Made by a program: the position numbers and the translations under genes. The notes under the pieces were generated by a model. That model worked only from the letters and a program-made list of their open reading frames with translations, had not been told where the DNA came from and did not search any database. Shown here piece by piece: positions 36,801-49,535 of a stretch of DNA of 60,000 nt. How positions within the stretch are numbered: position 1 is the stretch's first letter; every line of letters begins with the position of its first letter. The DNA is from Malacoraja senta (lineage: Eukaryota), in NCBI GenBank assembly GCA_038087875.1, contig CM075989.1, positions 14,138,001 through 14,198,000 on the forward strand. Reading direction: 5' to 3'.

Positions 36801-37899
36801 GATGAAGAGTATTTATGATTGCTGTGAAAGTGATTGATGTGTAGAATGCACTGCATTATTATCTACTTTAGTGGAGCATTGGGAAGGATGCATGGTAAAG
36901 GATGAGAAAAGCCAGACAACGTCAGGAATATAGGTTTATCATAAGTTCAGCGATGAGGTGGCTGGATATTTGCCCTGGCCCAAAGTAAGCCAGCGTGGGT
37001 GGAGAGTGTATGGGCTCTATCTCCCAAAATTAATTTAACTTTCTGAAGGGAAAAGTGGTGGGTGATGACTGTAACATGATGGTTACTGTTTCAATCTTTA
37101 GAAGGAAATTCTAAAAAATTTCATGAGAGATAGCTTAAATAAACCACACAACCAGAGGTAATTTTGGCATGTGATTTGGTTATTGGTTCAGTGATTGGAG
37201 TTATTCAGCTCCTTCTAATTCCTTCTCTTTCACCACAACCCTGCAAGTTTTTTTTTAATAATCTATATTTATAATCTATTCGTTTGAAAGTTAATGTTGA
37301 ATGTTATGACCTTGTAGCATTTTAGATTCAGCCATTCCATTTCAGGTAAGTTATATTGTGTGAAACAAAATATTGATACACAGCTGATCAAACAGAATGA
37401 AATGCTGCTCACAATCCAGAATGGCCTATTGATCTGTGCATTTACAATTGGAAAAGATTTATCATTCAAACCTTTGATGTGCTGTGCATTTTCTGCTTAA
37501 TATGGAATATATCAGAACCTTTATTGTAATATTAGTTCACTCTGGCTCTTCCCATCGATCTAGAAAATGCATTTTCCTGAAAAACAAATAATTTAAAACT
37601 TTCAGCAGCATGTAAATTGGTATATTTGTTATCTTGAACAAGTCTATGAAAATTTAAATAACTTACAGGAAAGACAAAATGGACTGGCTGACGTTAGATT
37701 TTCCAATTAAGCACTATTACCTTTGAGACCAATCACCATCTGTTTTATGGACAGAGCTGTCAGTTGTCTCTTGAAATTATTTATTAATTTAACACTGTAT
37801 GGAGGCCTGTTTTATTTTTCATGGAATAATAATGTATAATTTAGAAGGAAGCTATCCTATTTTATTGGTACTGACTGCATTGAACAGGAACTCAGAGCC

Positions 37900-39280
37900 C
37901 CAGTTATTCATGTCTTTACCATATTCTGCTCTAACTCCATTTACAAGTTTGCAAATGGCACCACTATAGTGGGCCGGATCTCGAGCAATGAGGAGATGCA
38001 GTGCAGGAAGAGATAGAGAGCTTGGTAACATGGTGTCAAGACAACAATCTCCCTCAATGTCAGCAAGCCAAAGGAGCTAGTTATTGACTTCAGGAAGTGA
38101 GGTGGTGTACATGCCCCAGTCAGCATCAATGGTGCTGAATTAGAGATTGTTGAAAGTTGCAAGTTCCTGGATGTAAATATCACAAGAAATTTGTCATGGA
38201 CCAATCACTTTGAAGCTACGACTAAGAGAACACATCAACATGCCGTGAATCTGACCAGCTTTTACAGATGCACCATAGAATGCACCACAACTTGGTTTGG
38301 CAACAGCTCTGCCCAGGCCCACAAGAAATTGCAGGGTTATGGATGTACCCCAGTTCAATACAATACAATACAATACCATTTTTTGTCATTTGAACCTCAT
38401 GGTTTCTGCAGTCATACAAACAAGTAAAAAGAACCAAGACACAACACAATTTACACAAACATCCATCACAGCGAATCTCCTCCTCGCTGTGATGGAAGGC
38501 AAAGTCTTATCTCTCCCCTGCACTCCCCATTCTCCCCTTCCGATGTCAGAGTCAGAGCCCCCGGCGGGCGATGGAAAATAAGTCCCGCGGCCATTAAAGC
38601 CGCGCCGGGCGATGCAAGGCCGCCCTCCGGGTCTGGATGTTGGAGCCCCCGGTAGCGCTAGCAAGTCCCGCGGCCATTAAAGCCGTGCCGGGCGATGTTA
38701 GACCCAGCTCCAGCCCCGCAACTCGGGCGGGAGAAGTTACCGTTGCGGAAGCCCCGAAAAGCGGTCTCCCACCAAGGACCCGCGAGCTCCCGATGTTACC
38801 GTCCACCAGACCTGCGGCTGGAGCCTCCGAATCTCCGGGGTCGGGTCACAGCCGCGCGTCACCGCAGCTCTCCGCGCTCCGAACTCGTCCAGCTCCACGA
38901 TGGTGAGTAAGTCCGCAGGCTCCGCGACTGGAGCCCCAGGTCGTTCCGGTTGGAGGCCACTCCACGGTGCTAGGCCCCAACGACAACGGAGACCCGACAG
39001 AGAAAGGTTGGGTCCTCCATTAAGTTTCCCCCTCCCCCCCACGCCCCCCACATATACACAGTTAAAAACAATATAAAAAAACACAAACAACTACATTTAA
39101 CTAGACAAAAATAAAAAAAAGACAGACGGACTGCAGTCGAGCCGCTGCCGTTAGGCACTGCCACTTCCGGGAAACTTGCACGTCAGGCAGAAGATACAAA
39201 AGCTTGAAAGCGCACACCACCAGAATCAACAAACAGCTGCTTCTCCATAGTTATTAAACTATTGAATGAAGCTCTCATAA
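37900..39280 (+). mobile_element. Degraded Rex1/Babar LINE (37900-38355 and 39175-39280), host to the nested copy 3
   Basis: KFANGTTIVGRISSNEE, LTSFYRCTIEC, WFGNSSAQAHKKLQ; resumes with SGRRYKSLKAHTTR after the insert. Confidence 0.8.
38356..39170 (-). mobile_element. Rex1-tailed non-autonomous element, near full-length copy 3
   Basis: (CAATA)n tail; GC-rich body; 5' end CCGGAAGTGGCAGTGCCTAACGGCAGCGGCTCGACTGCAGTCCGTCTGTC. Confidence 0.8.
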
Positions 39281-39688
39281 GCTAAGGGTGTATCCTGATC
39301 TCCAAACATACCTTGTTGCGGCCTTTTGTTGAATGGGCAAGATAAAGAAATTGGATGGCCTCAATATTAATGAGAACAAAATACATGAGCTCCTTATTGG
39401 GAGTGAGAAAGGTACAGAAATTGAAGATGCGTTAAAGGTGAAAGAAGCAACTGAATATTATTTTTGCTTTCTACAATAATCCTGGAATTGAGTTCGAGTC
39501 ATATGGTCCGAAACATGGCCCCTGGCTCACTGAGTCCACGTTGATCATCAAACAACTCTTTTTTACTGTAATCCTATCCTAACCTATAATATTTCTCCCC
39601 ACAACCCCAGCAACTCTCCCCAGAGTTCACCACTCACCTACTTGCTTGGGGCTATTTAAGGTGGCCAATTAACCTACCGACCTGGAAG

Positions 39689-41090
39689 TTAGATTAGATT
39701 AGATTAGATTCCTTTATTTGTCATTCAGACCTTTCGGTCTGAACGAAATTTCGTTGCCTGCAGTCATACATATAATAATAAATAACAAAACACACAATAA
39801 ACACAAATTAACATCCACCACAGTGAGTTCACCAGCCACCTCCTCACTGTGATGGAGGCAAAAGTCTTAAAGTCTCTGTCTCTTCCCTCTTTGTTCTCCC
39901 TCTGCGATGAGGCGATCCAAGCTTCTGATGTTGTGACCCCGCCGGGTGATGGTAAGTCAGTCCCGCGGCTGAATCCGTGCTCCACGACGGGCCGGTTCAA
40001 ACTCCGCGGCCCAGGGTGGCCGAAGCTGCCGCCCTCCAGTCCAGCGGACGCAGCTGTAGTTGCGGGAGCTCCAGAAAAACAGGTCACCCACCTGTGACCT
40101 GCGAGCTCCCGATGATGTCGTCCACTGGGCCAGCCGCGGCCGAGCCCTGGATTCAGGTCGCCACCAGTGTCTTTGGTCGCCACCGCCGGAACGCCGGAAC
40201 GCCACCGCAGCCCCGAAGTCAGCCAGCCTCGCGTTGGTAAGTCCTGGCTCTGCCTCCGGAGCCTCGAGGTCGGTTGCAGTTGGAGGCCGCCAGCTTGGCC
40301 ATTAGGCCTCAGCGCAGACGGAGGCAGAGAAGGGGGATACGACAAGAAAAAGTCGCATTCCCCCGAAGGAAGAGACAAAAATCATGTTTCACCCCCCCAC
40401 ACCCCACCCACACATACACAACCCAATAAGAATAGAATAGAATAGAATAGAAACTTTATTTGCCACACGACCAGGGTTGGTGGTAATTGGGTTCGGTACA
40501 TGATGGTACACTGCTTTAGCACATTAACACTAACAACAATAATAATAAAGCACATCACAAATCACAAATCTCACCAACAATACATAGTGCAAAAGAACAG
40601 ACAAAAACCATAGACAAGACACTGTATACATCAAAGTCAAAAAGTTATTGGAGGGAATTAAGTGTTCTTATTGCTGAGGGGAAGAAACTGTTTTTAAAAC
40701 GGGTGGATTTTGTAGCAAGTGTCCTAAGGCGCCTCCCTGAAGGGAGAGACTGGAAAAGGTGGTTTGCTGGATGGGAGGGGTCCGAGATAATCTTTGTTGC
40801 CCGTTTTGAGGTACGTTGGAGGTAAATGGAATGGATTGAGGGGAGGGGAGAGTTGATGATCCTAGAGGCCTTGGAGACAATGCGCTGTATTCTGTGTAGT
40901 GAGTGACTGTCAGTGTTGCCGTACCAGACTGTGATTGAGGAGGTGATGATGCTTTCAATGATGGATTGATAGAAGCGTACCAGGAGGTGTTCGTGGACTC
41001 CGAACACGAATAATTTAACTAAAACAGGTCAAAAGAAAACAACAACAAAAAGTAAAAACAGATGGACTGCAGGCGAGCCACAAGTCTTAG
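39689..41090 (-). mobile_element. Rex1-tailed non-autonomous element copy 4 (39689-40426 and 41009-41090)
   Basis: (TTAGA)n tail; high similarity to 45292-46145 on both sides of the LINE insert. Confidence 0.85.
40427..41008 (-). mobile_element. 5'-truncated Rex1/Babar LINE with an uninterrupted C-terminal ORF
   Basis: ORF 40645-41007 FYQSIIESIITSSITVWYGN...RIQRIVSKASRII...IISDPSHPANHLFQSLPSGRR...TRFKNSFFPSAIRTLN; (AATAG)n tail. Confidence 0.92.
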
Positions 41091-41689
41091 GGCCGCCACA
41101 AGTCTTAGGGATACTGAAGGAAACCAGAACACCAGAACACCCAGAGGTAACAGTTGCAAACATATGGAGAATGTGGAATCTCTTCGCAGGCAGCACGAGA
41201 GGTCAGGATTGAATCAGGATTGCTGAAACTGTAAAGGATCATCCCAACTAATTGTACCACCATGCAGCCTGGAGAGCTGTTGGTGTTGGAATGTAGTCAT
41301 CAACGTGGTCCCATGAAATCTGGAAAAGTATGTGTTTGTCAGTGATGATTACATCTGCATTCCCAGTGCTGAGGAAGAAAGACGTGGTGCACAAAAATCA
41401 GCAGATGAAATTGTAACCGATCTGTTAAGGACAAGAGTTTCAAGGCAGAGGTGAATGTCTGATTACAACAATTGAAGTTTGCAGAAATATTGTGGCAAAT
41501 GTAGGTTAAAAAGAAAGAAAATGAAAGTTTGATAGCACATTTTCAAATGATATGGAAAAGGTATTTTGAATGTGAATGTAGGAGGTATGATGATGAGGAG
41601 GTTTGTGGATGGATGACACAAAGGTGCGTGTGTTGTGGATATGAAAGAAGATTGTCTAAAGCCACAGCAGAAAATATATCAGAAAGAAA

Positions 41690-42710
41690 GATGCACGTGG
41701 CAGATGGAATTTACACCTGACAAATGCAAGGAGAAGTATTTTGGCAAGTCAAACAGGGAGAGGACATGCACAGCAAACGGTTGGGCACCAAGGAATGTTG
41801 ATGAACAGAAGGATTTTGGTATTCAGGTTCATAGTTCTTGGAAAGGAGCAATATGAGTGGTTGCATGGATGTTGCAACACAACATGCAAACTTTTGTATT
41901 CTATGCCCAACATATTCAAAACACTGGTCCAGCCAAACTTGTGATGTTCTGGTCAGCACATCTTTGGAAGGTTGAGGGAGAGAGTACATAGGGGATTCAC
42001 CATGCAGTTCCCTAGATTGGAGGACTTCAGTCATAGGGAGAGATTAGATAACCTGGGCTTGCTTTCCCTGGAGCAAAGGAGGCCAAGGGGTGACCTGATA
42101 ACAATATATAAAATGATGAGGAGCATAGATAGAGTAGATAGTCAAAATAGTTTTTGCCCATGGTTGAGGTATCAAAAACAAGAGGATTTAAGCGGAGGTA
42201 TTTGAGGGGTATGTTTTTTTTTAACATAGAGTGATGCTTAAAATCTGGTGCTAGAGAATTAGTGGAATCAGATACAATAACTACATTTAAGGGACATTTA
42301 GACAGATATGTAATAGGCAAGTGGCATAGATGGTAGAGCTGCTGCCTCAGCACCAGAAATCTAGATTCGATCCTGACCTTGGGTGCGGTTTGTGTAGAGT
42401 TTGCAAATTCTCCCTGTAACCACGCACGTGTCTTCCGGGTGTTCCGTTTTCCTCCCGTATCCCAAAGATGTGTGGGTTTGTAGGTTAGTTGCCCTCTGTA
42501 AATTGCCCCGAGTGTGTAGGAAGTGGATGCGAAAGTGGCATAACATAGAACAAGTGTGAATGGTCAGCGTGGAATTGGAGGGTCGTAGGAACTTTCTTTG
42601 CTGTATCTGTAAACTAATACATTTTTCAGGAGGGCAGATGGGATTTGTGTGATATGGATAAGCTGGGTCAAAGCTCCTACTTTTGCATTGAGCAGCTTTA
42701 TGACTATTCA
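41690..42710 (+). mobile_element. CR1 3' portion interrupted by a SINE
   Basis: WQMEFTPDKC, FKTLVQPNL, ERLDNLGLLSLEQRRPRGDLITIYKMMRSIDRVD. Confidence 0.85.
42321..42617 (+). mobile_element. HE1-like SINE nested in CR1
   Basis: GGTAGAGCTGCTGCCTCA...ATTCGATCCTGACC...GAGTTTGCA; tail CTGTATCTGTAAACTAA. Confidence 0.8.
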
Positions 42711-43284
42711 AAAACACACTGCTGTAAGAATTCAGCAGGTCAAGCAGCATCTGTGAAGTTAACAATGATGGTGCTCGATCTGCTGAATTCTTCCAGCAGT
42801 GTTTTTTTTGCTCCCGAGTTCAGCATTACAGTCTCTCATATCTCTATGAGTAGGAATGGAGTAAGGTTGATTACGAGGAATGCAGAGAAAGGTGGAAGAT
42901 CGTAGTGATAAAGAACCACAAGAGACACTGAATGTCTGCATGGATGGATAAGTTTAAAGAAGACGGAGGAAGCTACCAGCTTGTATCCTAGCACAACAAC
43001 TGGGAATATAAATTCAAGTGATTAATAAATATAGAACAATAAGCTAGTCTCAGTAACGATGACTGAAGCCACTTGATTGTGGTAAAAACCCATTTGATTC
43101 CGCAATGTTCTAATGGATATGAAATTTGCCATTCTTACCTGGCCTGATTCCACACCATGAAAAATGCTGTCTCTTGTCTACCTTCTGAAATGGACTCTGA
43201 AGCTAGTCACTCAAGGGTAGTTAGGGAGGGACAATAAATGTCAGCAGTCAATGCCTGACATTATTCTTCAATTACTAGATTTTA

Positions 43285-44711
43285 CTAGACTAAGTACAGA
43301 CCCATTGGGTCTGCTCCCCCAATGTAATATTCCACCACTCACCCGTTCCCCCAACGCAATCCATTCCCCCAACGCAATATTCCACCACTCGCACATAGCC
43401 CCCATCTGCACAGGCGCAGCTCATTTCCCCTCGTCCGCTAGCACTTCCTCCCCCTCCTTTTCACCCTCCATCTTCTTTCCCCTCACCTCCTCCCCTCCCG
43501 AATCCCTCCCTCACCTTTCCCTCCCTCTCCATTCCCTTACCCTCCATCACTCCCTCCCTCCCTCCCTCCCTCCCTCCCTCCCTCCCTCCCTCCCTCCATA
43601 ACTACCCTCCTCTCGCTACCCCCTTCCAATCTCTCTATCTCCCCCAACTCCCCACTCCCCACCTTCCCCTATCCCCCTCACTATCCATCCTCACCTTCCC
43701 CACTGCCCTCCTCTCCCTCTAATCCCCACTCCATACCTCCCCAACCCCCCCTCCTCCCTCTATTCCCCCTCTACCCTACTCTCCCTCCCCACCCCCTCCT
43801 CTCCCTCAATATCTCCCACTCTCCCTCCTTACCTCGTAGGATTTTTCCCCTCTCCTTCCCAATCCCTCTCTAACCTCTCCCTCTCCTTCCCTTAGTCACT
43901 CCCTCCCTCCCTCCCTCCCTCTCTCCCCTCCCTACCCCCCATCCTATCCCTCTATCCCCCACCTCCCCACTCCTCACTCCCTCTATCCCCCCCACTATCC
44001 CTCCTCACTTCATCCACTTCCCACCTCTCCCTCTATTCCCCACTCCCTACCTCCCCCAATCCCCCCCTCCCCCTGTATTCCCCCTCCTCCCCCACCAGAC
44101 ATGAGACAGGAAAAAACTGAAAAAAGAAGAGATAGATTTCTCTGCAGATTTTTTAATTCGGCAAGGCCTCACCGCTGCCCCATCGTCGCGAGGCCTCACC
44201 ACCGCGGTGTTGATGCCTCCTGGATCACCGCGTAGAACTGCAGCCGGGGCCTCGTGGGTAGAAGCCTGGGTCGGACGAAGCAGCACCATGGAGGCGCTGG
44301 CAGACGCAGCTCCAGCCTACTCCGCTCCTTCAGCCTTATATTTTCATCGCCGGGCAAGAGCTTTATTGATGCTCACTCCGCTACTTCAGCTTTATATTCT
44401 CCTTGCCGGGCCCCGCCTGTGATTAACAGCGGACCCAGCCAATCAGTGCGGCGATGGTGCAGGAAGGGGCATCGCCGTCCTGGCGACTGACAGGAGAGAC
44501 AAATCCGTGCATGCGCGTTTTTAAAGATTTTAAAACTTTAATAACTTTTAAAATTATACCATCGATCGGAACAAAACTTGTTGCTCTTGTAGCACAGGAG
44601 AATGGTGAGTAAGATGGCGAAGAATCGTAGCTCTCGCCTACCGTTTTTGTGCAAATAGAAAAAAACGCAAAACAGGAAGAGCACAAGATCAGAGTTTTAG
44701 TTATGTATAGA
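43285..44711 (-). mobile_element. Complete non-autonomous Helitron (about 1.43 kb)
   Basis: Minus strand A|TCTATACATAACTAAAACTC at the 5' end; hairpin CAGACCC-AAT-GGGTCTG (43297-43313) then CTAG|T at the 3' end; inserted between A and T without a TSD. Confidence 0.88.
43440..44095. repeat. C/T-rich low-complexity tract with (CCCT)n, inside the Helitron
   Basis: Direct inspection. Confidence 0.95.
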
Positions 44712-45291
44712 TAGAAGATTGCTGTGTTTGTCAGTAAGAAAAAATAAACTGCTGTTATGCTAGATAAAGTAAGAGCAACTTCGGTGAGATATGACAGACA
44801 CTGTCTGATATAACCTGGGAAAATCTGTAAAATGGCAAAAGAGGTAATAGCAAAAAAGGCCTCATCGTTATTTATCAATATTTTTTAACCAGCTTTGATG
44901 GATATTTTTGTACTTGTGTTATTGTCAGAATTGCAATTTGAAACTATTCAAATTAGATTTGGCAAAGTGTCATAGTGCATATAATTAGGAGAACATTTTC
45001 CACTGTACGTTGCAAAATTGTAATATTGTACGTTACAATATTCTTATTGTAAAATCGTTTGCCAAATGTAATGCAGTGTTACAGGAAAATCCACCTGAGA
45101 ACACTATGCTGCCTTTCTTGAAAGAACAGCTGGGTATTGCTATAAATATATAATTTGTGGAACTTAGATTATAATGAAGAAGAAAATGCAATAGTGATTA
45201 CTAAAAGTAAGTATTACATTCACAAGTTCAATTTGGTTCTGTATCATTTGATGCAATGGAGTTTCCAAATTTGCCTGAGTCCTTTGTGCTT

Positions 45292-46145
45292 AATTGAATT
45301 GAATTGAATTGAATTGAATTATCCTTTATTGTCATTCAGACCTTTTGGTCTGAATGAAATTTTGGCAGTCATACATATAATAATAAATATCAAAAACACA
45401 CAATAAACACAAATTTAACATCCACCACAGTGAGTTCACCAGGCACCTCCTCACTGTGATGGAAGGCAAAAGTCTTAAAGTCTCTGTCTCTTCCCTCCTT
45501 GTTCTCCCTCTGCGCCGAGGCGATCCAGGCTTCAGATGTTGTGACCCCGCCGGGTGATGGTAAGTAAGTCAGTCCCGCGGCTGAATCCAAGCACCGCGAA
45601 CGGGCCGGTTCAAACTCCGCGGCCCGGGGTGGTCGAAGCTGCCGAAGCTGCCGTCCTCCAGTCCAGCAGACGAAGCTGTTGTTGCGGGAGCTCTGGAAAA
45701 ACAGGTCACCAACCTGTGACCTACGAGCTCCCGACGATGTCGTCCACTGGGCCCGCGACCGAGTCCACCGGGCCCGCGGCCGAGTTTCCGAAGTCTGGTC
45801 GCCGCCGTCTGAAAGCCGGAACGCCGCCCCAGCTCCAAAGTCGAGTCGCCGGAACGTCGGAACACCGCCATAGCTCCGAGTCGCCGCTGCCGCTGGAACG
45901 CTGCCACAGCCCCGAGGCCGCCAGCTCCGCCATTAGGCCTCGGCGCAGACGGAGACGGGGGATATGACAAGAAAAGTCGCATCCCTCCCGAAGGAAGAGA
46001 CCAAAAACATGTTTCTCCCCCCCCCCCCCAGATACACAACCTAATAAACCAAAATTAACTAAAACAGAACAAAAGAACAAAAAAAAAGAAAAAGACAGAC
46101 GGACTGCAGGCAAGCCGCAGCTGCTAAGGCAGCGCCGCCATCTTG
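45292..46145 (-). mobile_element. Rex1-tailed non-autonomous element, full-length copy 5
   Basis: (AATTG)n tail on + strand; 10-bp 3' hairpin at 45333-45356; 5' end CAAGATGGCGGCGCTGCC. Confidence 0.85.
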
Positions 46146-46184
46146 GTTAACAATAGTTAACAATGTTAACAATAGTTAACAATG
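46146..46184. repeat. Short tandem repeat of GTTAACAAT(A)
   Basis: Four units immediately beside the 5' end of the element. Confidence 0.85.
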
Positions 46185-49100
46185 AAGAACTATGAATACA
46201 TGGCCATGCAATCTAATTAGCAGTAACTGTATTCAAAGGTCAGAATTATTTTACAATTAAGTTAAATCACCATGAACAAACAGGTCAAAGTAATTTTACT
46301 AATTTAAAATGTAAAGATATACAACCAAATTCTTCCACAATAAAAACTCTAATTCCATTAGTTAATTAGTACCAATTTAATATGAGTAGTCGATATCAAT
46401 TTTATTGATCCTTATTAGCTCAAAGGAATTTTATTACATTCTAATTTCTGTTAAGATTACATTAAGAGTACAATGTACATTTTATGGTCACAACTGCATT
46501 TCTCTGTGCTCTTTACCATCTTCCAGAATTAAACTAATTAATAAATTGTTTGCAGCTCATCTTGTGTTTAAAAAAATGGAGTACAACTAGAAGTAAACTA
46601 CAAAGTAAAATTTGTTTTTAAAATAATATATTATCACTGTGCAGTTTGATCTTCTCGCCACTGGGGGGACACACCAGCTTTTCCTATGTTATGGTCAACA
46701 GTTTTATCGGCAAATAAGTAAATAATGTTCATTATTTGTTCTGGAGAAAGTGTGCCCTTCCATTCTAGCCTGGTTTACATCAACCATTAACAGTTAGACA
46801 CTCCAGCCCTGCACATTGATCTAAAATTGGAGAGCTCATGTGAACTCCCATTATTTCTCTTAGATATATGTGGAAAATTATTAATTTCAATAAAAAATTT
46901 TGGAGGATTAATTTAGGATATGCTGGAAATTCTGTCTGTAATGGAGGATAATTATTGGTTTGGTTTCTATTGGACAAATTCAAAAATAATTTTAAAGAAT
47001 CCATATTGTCTTGTCAAGAGAAGGTTAAAGGAATTGTCAAGTTCAGACTGACGCTTTACTTTTGATGTGAATAAATTATAAAACATAGGGTTAAGAATAG
47101 GCTATATGGCCCTTCTCATCTATTCTGATCTTAAGTGGGTGACCTCTCATTGTGAAACTAGCCTCCTAGTTCTAGATTCACTAGGAAGGAAAATGTCCTC
47201 TAAGCATTTGTCTTGCCAAGCCTTCTTTGCATCCTGTAGTTCAATAATATAACTTCTCATTCCTTAAAACTACAATGAGTAATTGTCTGACCTGCTCGAC
47301 CGTTCCCCATCACAGGATTCAATCTGATGAACTTTCTCTGAAGTACCCCCAATATAATGATATCTCTCCATAAACAAAGCCAAAGCTGTCTATATCATTC
47401 TGGTCTCACCATCAATTGTAATAATCGGGGTCACCTGGCTTCTCCTCATTTATCTACTGTGTGTACTACTACGAGATTAGTAACAGCTTGAGAAATGACA
47501 AACGGATTACGTTGTAGTTAAGTTAGTGACCAATTATTTTCCAAAGTTGTCAAATAAACAGGTTATTAATTAAATGACCATTCTAGAAATGGTGTACTAA
47601 ATTCAGGTCATGGTTTAGGCAATAGACCCTATTTTTGACCCTATTTTTATGTTGTTTCTGCAGCAAAGACAATTATTATAAGTCACAAACACCCAACTTA
47701 TGTACAACCTGTACATATGAACAAGCGTTTGGGAAAACAACGGGATGGAATGCTGGCTGCTGCAGGGCTGCAAGCATCTTCTGCCCTGTGGGAACTTGGT
47801 TTGAATCAATATCTGAGTGGTCGAGTTAAACACTGGTTGGACTATGTTTTTATATTCAATTATTGCTGGGTCGCACATTTCCGATCTGTGAACGGTATCG
47901 GTTACCAACACCCCTCAAGAATGAAAATGTGTTGTCACCCCGGGAGGAGCTGCATGATGTTGACTATAAATATCCAACAGGATCTGACAGTAAATATGCA
48001 AAGGTGTCTGATTTGACTACTTCTGATATCCATAAAGCCCAAGTGTTTAAATTGATGTGTATGTTACCAGGAGTCTTCATGTGGAAATCATGGATTTGTT
48101 TCACAGTACTTACATTTTTTAAACTCAAAGTTACTAAAGGATAATTATTTATCTATTTGGATAACTGAATAAAGTTAATTGGTTCAAAACTGTTCACCTT
48201 GGTCCACTAGATTAAAAAGCGTATGGAGATTCTGTGGAGCAATCTAAGGACATTGTTGAAATACAAATGCCTGACATCAATTGTTAATTTAAATACCTTG
48301 AACAATGTTTAAATCTAATGCTGCAGCCAAATGTTGATCACTCACTGCCATTTGGTCACTCTGCATGGTTTTGAGTATTTCCCCCCTCTGGATCTTGTTC
48401 ATTTATCCAATAATCCATCTCCTGGATGAGGGCAGCCAGGTGATCAGGTGAGTTTCACAACATTTGTTCACAATGTCTCATCAGATCAATTCAAACCAGA
48501 TAAATTCACATGGCACGAACATTAAGAATGGGTTCCAGGAAAAGTTGTCTATTGATAATAAATTTACAGGGTACTGTACACAGTTGACATTCTTGTTGGC
48601 AAAACACATTACAATTATGATGCAGGCAATGTGCCGGATAGGGTACATGCTTGACTGGCTGGGAAAAAACTCACCTTTCTGTTAAAGTTTATGGCTAAAC
48701 AGAAGGAATAACAAGTCACCAATTTCTACTTCTCTTTTTGGATGCCACCCATGCTGAATCTCTTTAAATAATTCAAAACCAAGCTAAAGTGTTTGGGTCT
48801 ATAGTGTAGGATAATGCCAAGGCTAAAAAAGTAGAGGAGATGAAATAAGTTGACACTTAATGGTTACATGGCAATGCGCTTGTCTCAATAAGCTAAAATG
48901 TGTGGAAGATCAAGAACCAAATGTGGTAATAGGTTTCATTGCTTTGTATCTGAGATTTAGAATCAGAAACCATCAGTCTGTTATAAGGATACAAGGATGA
49001 GAAACACCATGCAATATTGGATAGTTGAAAAGAGAAATGTGCTCAGAGGAATATTAATCGACAACTATCAGTCTAAAGGGAAGTATGGATAAGTCATAGG

Positions 49101-49535
49101 ATAAACTATTTTTCCTGGGTCTGGAGTTGATTGGCATGAACATTATTATCGTTCAGATCAGACGTTTGAGGTTCTTTAGTAAATCATGCTTTTTATTCAA
49201 TTCCTTTTTCACTTCTAAAATAATATACGTTTCCCATTATGATATTCATATTGACAATGTGATTGAAATCTCTCAGTTAAAATACATATTTAATTGTATG
49301 CAATTATGGAATATGATATTTTGATCCGGCAGTGGATAGGGTGAATTGCTCTTGCCTTTGTTCTGGTTTCAGATGAGCTTTTTCCTCCTTGGATATTTTG
49401 GTTCAAGACATCTAAATCTAACAAGTGTGTACAAAAGGAATGGCTTGCTGACAATCTTATCAATGTTGCTTTCCTTGAGTTGCTCCTGCCTTGGATAATC
49501 CAATTCCATGCTTCCTTGAATTCTTCTGTCAGAAG

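Larger units (their letters stand above)
39495..41265 (-). mobile_element. Old HE1-like SINE split in two (39495-39685 and about 41100-41265) by nested insertions
   Basis: 3' half GAAACATGGCCC...GGCCAATTAACCTAC; 5' half GGAAACCAGAACACC...GGTCAGGATTGAA...TGTACCACC. Confidence 0.6.

Noticed and set aside
39764..40445. 204-aa and overlapping ORFs (also 38386-39164 and 45390-46113)
   Set aside because: GC-rich repeat bodies; frames are not conserved between sister copies
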